DNA from: Proteromonas lacertae
Lineage: Eukaryota
NCBI GenBank assembly: GCA_002245135.1
Contig: NGBS01000634.1
Location: forward strand, 1 to 34,757
Reading direction: 5' to 3'
DNA length: 34,757 nt
Part shown: in pieces, positions 22,272 to 34,757 of the stretch
How the letters are laid out: each line of letters begins with the position of its first letter
Numbering within the stretch: position 1 is the first letter of the stretch
Notes under the pieces: generated by a model
The model's database searches: none
Told to the model about the DNA's origin: nothing
What the model saw: the letters and a program-made list of their open reading frames with translations, nothing else
Position numbers and translations under genes: made by a program

Positions 22272-22932
22272 ATGGATTTTTGTAATAAACGTATTAGTCA
22301 TTGTCATAACTATATTCATAGAGTTTTCACCTAATTATTCTTCATTTCAGCCATATGAACCAGTTACAGAAGAGTTTGTTTTTTATGTTCCTTTTTCAGT
22401 AATTACGGCAATAAATAACATATCCGACATATTTATTTACAACACCGTATATAGTTGCTGCTATATCTATTTTCCATAGTCAATAATTCCAGTTTATTTA
22501 GTAAATCAACAAAATCTTTATGTAAATCAACCTTTTATTCCTTACACTATAGCTGTTTCTAGCGTCGATTATTATATTATTGAAAGTACACCATCAATTG
22601 ATGAAACTAAAGTAAATACATCTATATTTAAGAATTCTGAAAGTGCAGAAGGATTACTAGATTTATGTAAATACTGTAAGCAAAAGAAAGTATCGATGAA
22701 AAATAATCGACTGTTAAAGACATGTAGAACCTGCCTAGAAAAGAAAAAAGAATATGAATCAACTAGAGGGAAATTATTAAGAAATGAAAGACTATTAAAA
22801 TATCAGAAAGAATATATAACAGTATGTTCTACATGTCATACAAGACCAGCGATGAAAAGAGGAGATAAGCAGCTTCACACTTGTGAAAGATGTTCAAATA
22901 ATAAGAAAATGAAATTTCAAAATAAAAAGTAA
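22272..22932 (+). CDS. Protein with two C-terminal C4 zinc fingers
   Basis: ATG 22272 with introns 22291-22321 and 22447-22479 gives an open frame to TAA 22932; CKYC..KTCRTC and CSTC..HTCERC. Confidence 0.65.
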
Positions 22933-23146
22933 AAATTGTTATATTATGTGTTATATATATGGTAGTACTTGTTAATGAAAGTTCTTGTGATTATATATTA
23001 TTACTTTTATATGTGTAGTTTTTATTATAAAGTATTATAATTTATTTTTTTATTTTATATTAATTTTTAAGTTAAGATTTTAAAATATCTTCATATACTC
23101 TGATTATAAGAGGGAAACACAAATATATTTTAAAAAATGTAATATA

Positions 23147-25498
23147 TCAATAATATAATTTTTTTAACTTATTACTTTTATTCTTATAATCTTTCAGATA
23201 TTCTATTCCCTCTAAATTAATATTATTATCTCTTAAGTCAAGCAAATCAATCTTTTCTTGAATAGTCTTTAATCCATTTAATAAATACATCAATCCAGTT
23301 GATGTTAATCCCATCTCTATTGCTTATTAAAGAATAATAGAAATACTAGAACAGTTTATTTCCATTTTATATTTATCTTTTAACAAATGTAAATGCGGAG
23401 ATAGAATTTTCATTCCTTTATCTCCAACTTCATTTCCATATAATTGAATTTCTGAAAGATTTGAAAATGAAGTTAAATTGTTCACTAGCATCTCCATACT
23501 TTTGTGTGTTAATTTATTATCTAAACAACAAAAAGAATATCAATTAATACTGCTCAAATTCATTTTGTGTATTCCTTCTACTTCATTTGATCTTAATGAA
23601 ATGAACAATATAAAGAAATCATCATCAATATTAGAATTACTTAGATCTAATTCATTACACCAATCATGAATAATATATTTCATTATATTTGGAATAGCTT
23701 CATCTATCAATAATTCAATACTACTATTAAAATCAAAATATATTTGTGAAATAGGAAATGCTGAGAATAAGTCTTGCAACCCATTGAAATGAATGTTTTT
23801 ATTACCTCTAATATCTATTTTATTTAGTTTTGGATAATTAGATAATTCTAATGATAATAATTTCAACGATTCATCATTTATATTCATTCCGAACAAATGA
23901 AGTTCATTTCTGTTGTTGATTAATAAATCCAAATATGGAAGTAAAAGTTTGAAGCCTTCAATGCCAATTGGATTAACTATTTCATCACAATATATTAAAA
24001 TATGTATAATCAATACATTGAAGATTTAAATATTTCAATTTCATCGATTGAATTGATTTAATAAATGGTCGAACAAAATCAGAAGTAAGATTACAGCTTG
24101 ATAAATCTAATTCTTGAAGATTTGATAGTTGTGATAAATACAGTGCCAATATTGATTGACACTGCATTGGAATATTCACTCCAAATCCACCTAAATATAA
24201 ATATACAATATAAGAATGATACTAAATTTCAGTTCTGAAACACTAGTAAGTGATAATATCTTAAAATAATAATTCATCCCTTCTTCACAAAAACACATAT
24301 TATTGTATTTGATTTCGATGATTTTTTTATTGTTATTATAATAGATATCACACATTCGAAATATCTTTTCATCCAAATAAAACTTTTTATCTTCTTCTTC
24401 ACATTTATGATGAATTTGAAATGTCAGTTTATCTATTATATAATTATCTGTTTTGTATAATTTTATCATCAATAATAATGCTAGAATTCTTTCATTTTGT
24501 ATATTATTGTATAATTCTATAAAAACATCTCGAATTTCTATTCAATATTATATTTTTATATAATATCTATACTATCCCATTTAATATTTTGATAGTAATA
24601 ATCTGATGGATATATGATAGGAAATATTACAATTAAATTGTCATAATTATATAACAATTCTTTTCTTTCATTACACAACATTATATTATTATCACCATCT
24701 GTCAATATCTCATTTACTTTCATTATTTCTTTACTCAACTCATTCAAACTGATTCTTTTATTCTTATCAACTGTAAAGATTCTAGTAAAAATACCATTAT
24801 AGAATGTATTTATTGATATTCTTTCTTTATAACAATCACATTTTATTATGTTATTCATAGTTTTGTATATACTATTATCTTCACAAAATGGTAATTTCTT
24901 ATTAATCATTTCATATAATATACATCCAATTGACCAAATCACACATTTATCATCACATTCTAAGCCACTCAACTCTTCTGGGCTTTTAAAACAAAGATCA
25001 TATAATCTCAAATCTTTTTCTTTTCTTAAAGTGTTTAAGAACAAATCGCACAACTTTATACTATCATTATCTTCATATATTATATTACTACTTTTCAAAT
25101 CATTCAATACTAAATTGTATTCACACATTATAATGAGACTTTTACATATTGAAAGTATCATAACATCAATATTTGTAGAAGAAAGTGATGTACACTTTAT
25201 TATCTCTTCTAAATCTCTTAAATAATGATTTCTTTTTAACAAAAGCATATCATTTCTAATTATATGTATTTCAGACGGATTTGTTGGAACAAAACAACCT
25301 TCACTCATCAAACGATTTTTTTCAATTAATGACATTACAATAGGACCTCTCACACTCTCTATATTAAATATTTTTAACAGTTTGTTATATTCTTTAATGA
25401 TTATACTCATTTCATTCTTTTCATCTTTCAAGACTATATTTTCCTATTTTAAATACAATGCTCTATCATCATACATTATAAGTTATATTATATTTCAT
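23147..25498 (-). CDS. Degenerate protein kinase (probable pseudokinase) fused to RI-like leucine-rich repeats
   Basis: Multi-intron gene joining ORFs 24556-25431, 24191-24472, 23985-24179, 23540-24013 and last exons. Kinase remnants LNDLKSSN, KLCDLF, KSPE and WSIGCILYEM. LRRs LQELDLSSCNL, LNKIDIRGN, LDLSNSNIDD and LLDLRDNNI. Confidence 0.75.
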
Positions 25499-26769
25499 TT
25501 TTAAGTATTCATTAATACTCTCATATTTTAAATACATTTTTATCAATAAATACAGCTGTATTAAATGTATTTATGTGTATTTGAATGTATTTAATGATAT
25601 ATCCTTTCTTCTATGTTTAATATCACTTCATTATAGCTTTACATACATATTTCATCATAATAAATAATGTAGTGTAAATAAATAACATATCTGCACTTCT
25701 ATTTGAATTAACTCCTATTTCTACTTATATCCATATATAAATTGATGCTACGTTCTTTTCTATATACTTTTACACCAATAAAGCTTATCAAATACTAGAC
25801 GCAAGAGAAATACTAAATAGAATCAACTTTAACATAATACCACCTTTTTATAGTTATTTATTGTCTGCTTATTGTGATTTTAAAGATATTGGTATGATAC
25901 TGATTGCATAAACTTCAAAACAGATGAAAATATAAATTGGAACAAATTACAAAATATACTCGTTTCAGATACATTTTTTTCTCAATCAACAATACATTCA
26001 TATATACAATCTTAAAATAATTAATTTCACTTTATTTATTGATAAAAAATACTAAATTCAATATTATCATCTGATACACACATAATTTAACTAATTGTTG
26101 TGATTAAAAGGCAGAAAAGAAAAGCTGACCTTAATGAAGTGGAGTAAAACACTTAACAACAAAATCATCTGAAATTATAAAACTATCATATCTTTAATAC
26201 ATTTCAATTTCTAATAATTTTATCATTTCAAAATGATTTTGTTGTTATAACAACGTCAATTCCATTTCATCATGATCTACTTCTTTTCTTTCTTTCATCT
26301 ATCATAATAATTAATTAATTCCAAATGTGCCTGTGTTAAAATAATAATATTGAATATATCTCCATTCATAATAGAATTAAAGTAAAACGTTTTCTGTTGA
26401 TTATATTTCGCAAATAACCCCTAATTTGTCAATCAGGTTTCTGGGAAGCATCAAACCTATCATAATACATTGCATTAAAATACTTTGCTCTGTTTAATCT
26501 ACTATTTATACTGTAAATGGAACTGGGCTGTTAGTAAGGAAATGAAGCACACCTGGTACTCATAACTTATGAATTTGCAGAAAAAAAGCATAAATGATAT
26601 TTCTTAAATATATATAATGATACTTTCATTGTATACACAAGAAATGAGATAGATTTTTTATTCGTTATTCAAAGAAGCTTGAGATCATCAAACAATTTCG
26701 TTTTATTTGACAGTTGATAAAGCCAATTTTTCAATAACTAGTGAATGATAACAGGATTTGAATCATAAA

Positions 26770-29555
26770 ATGTCGAACAGCAACAAAGATGTTATAATCA
26801 GGAAGTTAGGGAATGGCTCTTTTTCTGAAGTGTTTTTAATCAAACAGAATGATAAAGAATTAGCTAGAAAAGATATTCAAATGAAAAATCTACAAAAAGA
26901 TCAAATAGATATAATTCAATCAGAAGTATCACTGCTTGAGAAATTAAATAATCCAAATGTCGTCAATGTTATAAAATCTAGTTATGATGAATCACAAGGA
27001 ATATATCAAATATACACAAAATACTTTAAAAACGGAGATTTGTTCTCATTAGTAAATCATCAAGATAGTGGTCAACAGTTTAACGAGAATGAAATATTTT
27101 CATACCTAAGTGATATTTGCAAAGGTCTACAATACATTCATAGTGAAGGAATAGTTCATCGTGATTTAAAACCTTCCAATATCTTTGTTGATGATAGAAA
27201 CCATTTGGTGATTGGTGATTATGGTATATCTTTAAAATCAACAACAACCGAAGAAACGACATTAATAGGATCAGCCAATTATATTGCTCCAGAACTATGG
27301 TCATCTTCTCCTCCATTATACACACCAGCAACAGATGTATTTGCATTAGGATGCATTCTATATGAATTATATACATTGAATTTAGCTTATAATGGTGGAA
27401 ATAATGAAAATATTAGAGATTTAATATTGAAGGAAGAATACAAACCACCTCTTATTCGTGTGCCTAAAATATTAGAAATTGAAGATTTAATTATAAAAAT
27501 GACAGACAGAAATCCATTAACTCGAATATCAGTTAATGAAATCCAACAGAAAATCAATGAATGGAGACTAAAACAAACTAAAAAATCTTCAACAATGAAA
27601 TTATCAACACTAAGTCCAACAAATATCAAAACAAATTCCAATGTAATTCCATCACCTACCAAAGCATCATCATCAGAAGGAGGAAATCCTCCATTGTATA
27701 TACCACCATCACCAGGTCTAGGAGGTGATAATAGTAGGAAGAGTTTAGGAAATGAAGAGAGTTCTTCAATGAATATAATAGGATTTTATAGAGGTCAAAC
27801 CATGTATGAAGGATTGAAATGCTTTGAGTATTTTGGTTTAGATGATGTAATATCCACATTTATAAGAATTGATTTCACACCACAATTATCATTTCTAATG
27901 CCACATGTAGATCAAATGAATCCTCCATTTACACAAGAAAACAGAGATGAGTTTATTCATGATCAAATTATACGTATTAATTATTTTAATATGGTTGATT
28001 TATTGTTATTGAGATATGGTTATTTACCAAATTTTTGTGGTGGTTGTGATCGATGTAAAGAGACGTATGTTTACAGTCAAAATAATAAGAAACAGACTCT
28101 TGAAATTTTAGAACATATATTTAAGAGTATCAAAGATACATTTGATGATAAAATGTATGATAATATCTTGAAATGTTGTATTGATGATCGTATATATATA
28201 TTCATTTATTTTTAATAATAGAAATTCAAGGAGATAATTCAAAAATGGGTGTAATGAATTTAGCTAATAGTCACAATACCCCTGGTGATCCAAATATGCC
28301 AGATCCATCATTTGTAGCAACTGATACTCCAGCAATTGCTGTTAAAAAGAATGCACTTTTGCCATTGAAAATGTCTTACCATCAGATGGATAGTATACTT
28401 GCTCCACCACCTGCACCACCGACTGATGTATCAAATTCACTTCTACCAAAACCAAAAATTGAAATTCAAAGTCAACCAAAAAAAGAAGAAGAAGAAGATA
28501 ATAATAATAATAATAAGAAAAAGCCAATAATTATAACTAAAAAAGAAATTAAAAAAGATGATGAGAATGAAAACAGTGGTAAAAAAGACAATAATAATAA
28601 TAATATTGATAAAGAAATGCCTCCTCCATCCCATCTTCCTCCTCAAACACCTATCAAAAAGTCAGTTACAAAGACTCCTAGTAAAAAAGTCAAAAAAGAT
28701 AGAAGTGTATCAAGAACATCCTCTATTTCATCAAAACGTTCTGTGACACCATATGTAAGTATTGATATTGGTCCATTGCCTTCTATTGTTATGTTTTATT
28801 CAGGAGAAGCAAATATGAATGATAAAACAGTTGATGAGTATATACAGATTGGTAATTCACCTGAATTGTTATCTGAAACAGATTTTGAGACAAATATTGC
28901 ATTCTTCATGCCTTACAAGAATCAAGAAGATCCACCATTTACTGATGAAAGTAGAAAAAGTATATGTTATTTATTTATTTATTTAATCTTATATATTTAT
29001 AGATTTCCGAAGTAATGAAAAGATTAAAGATAATTATTTCAAAATAGTTCATTTATTATTTAAAAAATATGGTTATTTAACTAGAAAAATGTTTAGAAAC
29101 AATAGACACAAAAGAATTTGATATTCTTCATTCAGATCAATATGAAAAACACAAAGGAAAAGACTGAAACAAAAATAACAATTCAAAGGATTAAGAAAAG
29201 TATAAAAGACATTTACAATGATACAAAATGGAGTAAATTGATAGATTTAATACTAGAAGAACGTATGTTCAATATTTATTATATATATAATATATACATA
29301 GAAGATACTATATTTTCTCCAAAACGAAGTAGGCATGCCAGTCCAGCAAAGAAAAGAATGAAAGAAATAACTCGAAAGATTAGTAATCCGAATGAAGAAT
29401 CACTTTTACTATCAACTAAGAAGGATTTGACTGAAGATGATATAAAAGAGATGAATGAAAGTGAATTATCACATTGTAAAAAACTATGTATTGGTTTGAC
29501 AATAGCAATATTGATAGTAGTGATATTGATAGTAGTATGTGCCGTTGTATTTTAG
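26770..29555 (+). CDS. NEK-like Ser/Thr kinase with two internal repeats (OGFr_N-like) and C-terminal transmembrane helix
   Basis: GNGSFSEV, HRDLKPSN, DYG, YIAPE and DVFALGCILYE. Short introns at ~28190-28221, 28960-29002 and ~29263-29301. Frame breaks at ~29080-29150. Tail LCIGLTIAILIVVILIVVCAVVF. Confidence 0.8.
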
Positions 29556-29741
29556 ATAAAGTAATAATAATTAAACTATTTGAATTTTTTATTTTTATTT
29601 ATGATGACATTATTATATAGTAAGATTGTTTATGTATTGGTTTTAATTAAATAATACATAGTCTAAAAAATAAATATAACGATTATATTTTTGAAATTGT
29701 TCCAAATTTAATTCTTTTTTAATTCGATTTATATCATCAAT

Positions 29742-29915
29742 ATGAAGCAGTCACCTCAAACACCTAAAGCAGAAGAACGAAAAAGTTAAGAGAAGAAGGT
29801 TATTGACTTACACAATGTGTATTTAGGTATTTTTATTCATCTATGATTATTAGAACTATTAAATCGAATTAGTGAAGTAATGGATAAAAATAAAGAGAAA
29901 GAAGCAACAAATTAA
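29742..29915 (+). CDS. Possible small hypothetical protein (frame break + one intron)
   Basis: MKQSPQTPKAEERK..., a GT..TTAG intron-like stretch near 29820-29853, then ELLNRISEVMDKNKEKEATN*. Confidence 0.25.
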
Positions 29916-30165
29916 TGTTATGAAGTCTTATGTTGAAAATTTACTTCCAAAGACATAATATTTATATAATATTTATACATTTATTATTTATATGCTTTTT
30001 TTATTGACTTTTAAAATCTGTTTTAGTGAATATAAACCATCTTTACTCTTATTCACGATAGAGTAATGGCTTAGCCTTTATTTTGTGATTATTTTATTTA
30101 AAATAAGAAAAATTAATTGAAATATTAAAAAAACAGAACTATGTGTATAAAATACTAACTACTAA

Positions 30166-31498
30166 TTAAATTACAAAGTCTTTTTCCTTATTCCCTACTA
30201 ACAACACATTATTCATTTCACAAAATGATTTTATTCTATTATATGGATAATTCTCGCCAATTTGATAATTCAATGATGTGATATTAGAAGAATTTATCAT
30301 CTGTTTATTTGTATATATAAAGACATTATCATGATTATTGAATTGAATAATATGTTTGTAGAATTCAAAATACATCTCACTATTTTCATTCATTATTACT
30401 ATACACTTCTTCAAATTTGAATTTCCAAATGCATGTAAAGAATTATAAAATAGTAATTTCTTTTTGTTTAATAACATATTAAACAAATTCTCATTATTGT
30501 TTCTATTATTACATCTAAAATATAATAATTATAAATAAATATCATATATATATATATATACATATTTGATTGTATTTTCATATTCATAAACTCAGGCATA
30601 TGAGTTAATATTTTAATATATTCACTACTTTTCTTATCTAAAATAACAACTTTATCAATTGAATCATTAAAATCATATACTACTTTCTCTAACAATGAAT
30701 AAAATATACCATTCATTTTACTAACAATGATTATATTTTTGAATTCTTTCAAATTCTTTCTTATGAAGCTTTTCATTGCATTATCATCTTTTTCTTTTAT
30801 TAATTCAATTCCTGTTGTTAAATTATTAATTTGTCTATAATAAATCACATTTACATTTTCAAATTTCTTTTCTTCAAATTGAAGACTTAATGTATTTGTA
30901 TTATTACTGCTTTTACTTATAAATCCTATCTTCTTTTTCTCGATTATATTATTTATGATTATGTAATTACAACTTCCTATACAATAATTACTTGGAAACA
31001 TTTTATTTGAATATTCTTGTTGATGTATTTTATTTCACCAAAACTGATATATTCACATAGATTTATAACTTTCTTAAATATATCTACCTTTAACTATTAT
31101 TGATATATATATATTATATTATATACAGAATATTCTCTTATCTCGAAATACAATTCTTCTAACATCAACAAACCACTTTCAATAACTGGTTTTGTTCCAT
31201 ATATTCTACACAATAAATCAGAATTTTGTTCAAACAGAGTAATTATAGACATTAAACCTTCAGGATTGGTGATTAACACGGCATTTAAGTCACACATATC
31301 AGATACGTTATATAATTGATTTATTGATTTAATCGATGTAATGTAATTATCTGATATTCTTGCAGGATTAAAATTTGGAGTAATAAAGTCACAATCAATT
31401 AACAACTTGTATTCACACCAATATCATCATAGTACAATTATTTGTCACTTCTTTCTATTCATGAGTATATTTTAATAGTAAAATACAAACCGCAACAT
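30166..31498 (-). CDS. INTS9: Integrator subunit 9-like (inactive metallo-beta-lactamase fold), divergent and short
   Basis: LLIDC...AVLITNPEGLMSI...RIYGTKPVIESGLLMLEEL and FPSNYCIGSCNYII match the INTS9 patterns (VILISN..MALP, VYATEPT..IGRLLMEEL, SSGY.LGS.NW.I); no HxHxDH. Several short introns and indels; 3' end uncertain. Confidence 0.65.
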
Positions 31499-31585
31499 GT
31501 CTAAAAATCCAAAAATCAAAAATACATTGTATTAAATAAATACAGTTGTACAGCATTGGCATTTTATTTTTTGAGTTAAGAAAAC

Positions 31586-32281
31586 ATGCCTGTATATATC
31601 TATTTATATAAATTAATCTTATTAATCAATTATGAACTATTTTTTGAATGTTATTTCACTATTCTATTTTATTTAACCTCATTTTTATACTTATTTAGCT
31701 TCGTCAATTCCAAGTAGTTGGTAGAAAAGTTCCAACAGAACAAGAACCAAACCCAGAAATTTATAGAATGAAAGTGTTTGCTCCAAACGATGTTACAGCC
31801 AAGTCAAGATTCTGGTACTTCCTTCATGTATTACACAAGTTAAAGAAAGCTACAGGTGAAATTTTATCAGTAAATGAAGTATAAAATAGAATTTAGTTAA
31901 TTCAACAATAGATATATGAAAGAAAATTAGGAACTGTAAAGAATTATGCAGTATGGTTAAGATACAATTCAAGAAGTGGATCACACAACATGTACAAAGA
32001 AGTACGTGATGTAAGTTTAACACATGCAGTTCAAGCAGTCTGTATAACAATTAATTTTATTTTCAATAGACAACGAAATGGCTAGCAGACATAGAGCACG
32101 TGATCGATCCATCCAAATCATTAAAACTGCAGTATTACCAGCTAAGAAATGTGTAAGACCAGCTACACACACTTTCCACAATGCACATATTAAATTCCCA
32201 TTAACACATGTCAGACCACGTAGAAACCACGGTTGTGAAGCTACCTTTGTTGCTCATCGTCCACATACATTCAAACATTAG
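31586..32281 (+). CDS. RPL18A: 60S ribosomal protein eL20 (L18a)
   Basis: MP-(intron 31592-31698)[31 protein letters not shown](31879-31911)-..[22 protein letters not shown](32042-32069)-EMASRHRAR. Confidence 0.96.
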
Positions 32282-32820
32282 AAAAGAGAAAAGAATGGAT
32301 GCTATTTGTGTCTGTACACTGTTAAAACAACTTAGCTCAATTTCTTTTTGTTATGGGGTTGAGGTTTTCTTGATTTATCAAAAATAGAATTTGTTATGAA
32401 AAGATATTTTTTTAAAATAAAAATATGAAGAAAAGTTGTTTACTGAAGTATAAAACAGACACTAGCAATACACACATGTAAAAGAATAGTAAGATTAAGA
32501 ATAAGCATGCAATCAATCCTATGATCAAACAAGCATCATTGAAACAAAAAAGCTGATGTTAATTTTATACTAAAAAATTCACTCACAATTTCAAAAAATT
32601 GATTCCGTTATTGAAATACCCCCTTCGAAATTATTCTCGTCAGAATCTAATTAAATAGAAAATCAAGTATTAAAAACTGATTCTGCAGTCACACCTTTTC
32701 TTCATTTCTTTTTAAATAACAAACGTATGATATAGCTATCCTTATAATACAATATTATCACATAAGCTCACTATATTTTTATCTTTTGGATTTTAGTATA
32801 TACTTATATTTTTATAGGTA

Positions 32821-33607
32821 ATGGAAGAATAGTATTGAAAATAATGTATTCATGGCTCGACTTGCTGAACAAGCTGAAAGATATCAAGAAATGGTAGAAT
32901 ATATGCGTAAAGTTGCCACAACAAAGAAGAATGGTGAAGATGGTGTTCATTTAACCCTTGAAGAAAGAAACTTATTATCTGTTGCATATAAGAATGTAGT
33001 TGGTTCTCGTCGTGCATCATGGAGAGTATTATCATCACTTGAACAAAAGGAAGAAGCAAAAGGATCAGAAGATCGTGCTGCTAAAATAAAACAATTCCGT
33101 CAAGTAGTAGAAAAAGAATTAAATGATATATGTCGAGATGTATTAGGTGTATTAAACGATACTTTAATTCCAGCAAGTCAAACAGTAGAAGAAAAAGTAT
33201 TTTACTTAAAAATGGCTGGTGATTACTACAGATATTTAGCCGAATTCTTACAAGGAGCTGACGGTCAAAAAGTAATAGCTGATGCTAAAGCTGCTTATGA
33301 AAAAGCTATGAATGAAGCTACTCAAGGTAAAACACCTTTAGCACCAACAAGCCCAATTTTATTAGGCTTGGCACTTAATTTCTCAGTATTCTATTATGAA
33401 ATCTTAAATGGACCATCTGAAGCTTGTCAATTAGCTAAGAAAGCTTTTGATCAAGCTGTTGCTGAATTAGATACCTTATCTGAAGAAGATTATAAAGATG
33501 CTACACTTATTCTTCAATTATTAAGAGACAATTTAACATTATGGACATCTGACGCTGATGATAATGAAGCACCAGTTGAAAATGACTTAGAAGTTACTGA
33601 GACATAA
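32821..33607 (+). CDS. 14-3-3 protein
   Basis: [59 protein letters not shown] and [12 protein letters not shown]. The likely start is ATG 32821 with a +1 break (the in-frame ORF starts at 32852). Probable 5'UTR intron at 32725-32817. Confidence 0.96.
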
Positions 33608-33794
33608 AAGCTAAAGGGGGTTAACCTTAATTTCCTTTTTTATTAAAATATTGTTGTATATTATAGGGTTAAATACATATCATTTCACATTAAACTGTCT
33701 AGAGATTAGAATATTGCCATTAATTTATCAAAGAAACAATATTGATTCAAACATTTTGGCTTGACAATACACATCAAAAAAAAATCTTTCTTCT

Positions 33795-34757
33795 ATGGGA
33801 TTCTTTGGAAAAGGTAAATTATCTAAAAAACCAACAACTCCAAAAGCTGAGCCAGACACACCTCCTCCTGCAGCAGCACCAGAACCAGCAGTGATGACTT
33901 ATTTGGTGGTTTAAATGTCGGTCCTCCAGATGCAGGAGGTGCAGATGCCGCTCCACAAGCAGCTGAAGATGATTTATTTGGAGGAATGTCAGTTAATGCA
34001 GCTGGATCTGATAATGCAGAGATTTATTTGGTGGATTGAGTGTACCAGCTCCTGCTCCATCTCGTGATGTATCTCATTCTGCTAGTCAAATCCGTTCTAC
34101 GAACAAAGCACAACCATTAAGATCAAATTCTTCAAGAGCCAATGTACCAGCTGCACCACCCTCACCAAAATTGCCAGTAGGTGGAGATCCAGTACAAAAA
34201 TTCCATACAACTTATGGAATGGGTTGTCAAAAGTTAATTCAAGAATTTACACTAGCAGGCAATGAAGAAATCGAAACCAAGTCAAAGTTAACTCAATTAG
34301 AAGAAGTTCGTAAGAAATTAAAAGAAGAATTGTTAGAGAGTGAAAAACTCAAAATAGTGCTTTAGCTAGTGAGGATTACACAACAGCTGATGCAATGGAT
34401 CAACAAATAAAGACATTACGTCAAAAATTGACTGTTTTAGAACAGCAAAGAAATGCAGGTAAACAAATTAACAGATTCTCGAAAGAAAAAATTAGACAAA
34501 TTGAACAAGCAAATCCAAGCTGAAGATCAAAGTAAAAATGGTTTAGATGGTGTATTAAAGAGTAAAGAAAATGATTATAACAAATTAACTGATGATCATA
34601 CAAAATCCTATACGATGTTGTTAGGTAAATATACAACTTTATTGCAACAAACAAATGAAAGTGAAAATAAGAATTTAGAGAATCAAACATACTGTGAAAA
34701 TGAGAATAAAGAGATCGAACAAAAGATATATGATGAATGTAAAGACAGTAGTGATGA
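33795..34757 (+). CDS. Partial protein with repeated DLFGG motifs, a UVR-like motif and coiled coil; multiple frame breaks
   Basis: MGFFGKGK.., three D(D/E)LFGG(L/M) repeats, a Pro/Ala linker, ALASEDYTTADAMD (UVR-like) and an E/K/Q-rich coil running off the window end. Confidence 0.55.

Noticed and set aside
26555..26575. GGTACTCATAACTTATGA resembling the dyad ACTCATAA-GT-TTATGAGT at 2992-3009
   Set aside because: Short, AT-rich, and the 2992 copy lies in cyclin coding/intron sequence; likely coincidence.
25500..26750. Possible pseudogene remnants and a TGTATT tandem/palindrome (25549-25595) in the long intergenic region
   Set aside because: No recognisable protein motif on translation, and the repeats are low-complexity.
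28483..28610. (GAA)n and (AAT)n microsatellites
   Set aside because: They encode poly-E/poly-N linkers within the kinase; ordinary for AT-rich protists.
10514..31498. Functional cluster of transcription genes (RPB7, TAF6, BRF-like, INTS9)
   Set aside because: Interspersed with unrelated genes; expected by chance in a compact genome.

Overview
AT-rich, gene-dense eukaryotic (protist) DNA using the standard genetic code, with many tiny (about 26-39 nt) GT-AG introns. It carries a flagellar inner-arm gene (ZMYND12) and a glycogen branching enzyme. This combination suggests a flagellated relative of Blastocystis/Proteromonas (Opalinata), which is an inference only. From about 9.5 kb to the end, the window is mostly housekeeping genes: TRA2-like, RPB7, ZMYND12, RPL32, a HEAT protein, TAF6, a TFIIB/BRF-like factor, CBM20-GBE, kinases, INTS9-like, RPL18A and 14-3-3. 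The first 9.2 kb is accessory. Bases 1-2804 are a compositionally foreign, GC-richer, apparently intronless segment. It encodes a multi-C4-zinc-finger protein and a long coiled-coil protein, then subterminal direct repeats, and ends in a 203-bp palindrome (100-bp arms, GCA loop) exactly at the junction with host DNA. This looks like the hairpin end of an unclassified linear virus, plasmid or transposon, although an assembly chimera is not excluded. It abuts a truncated PHO80-type cyclin pseudogene. Next comes a ~1690-aa Crinkler/RHS-type effector with 2 SPRY-like domains, two P-loop NTPases (the first with a large coiled-coil insert) and a C-terminal restriction-endonuclease-fold domain. Several conserved genes carry single-base frame breaks, probably sequencing indels.
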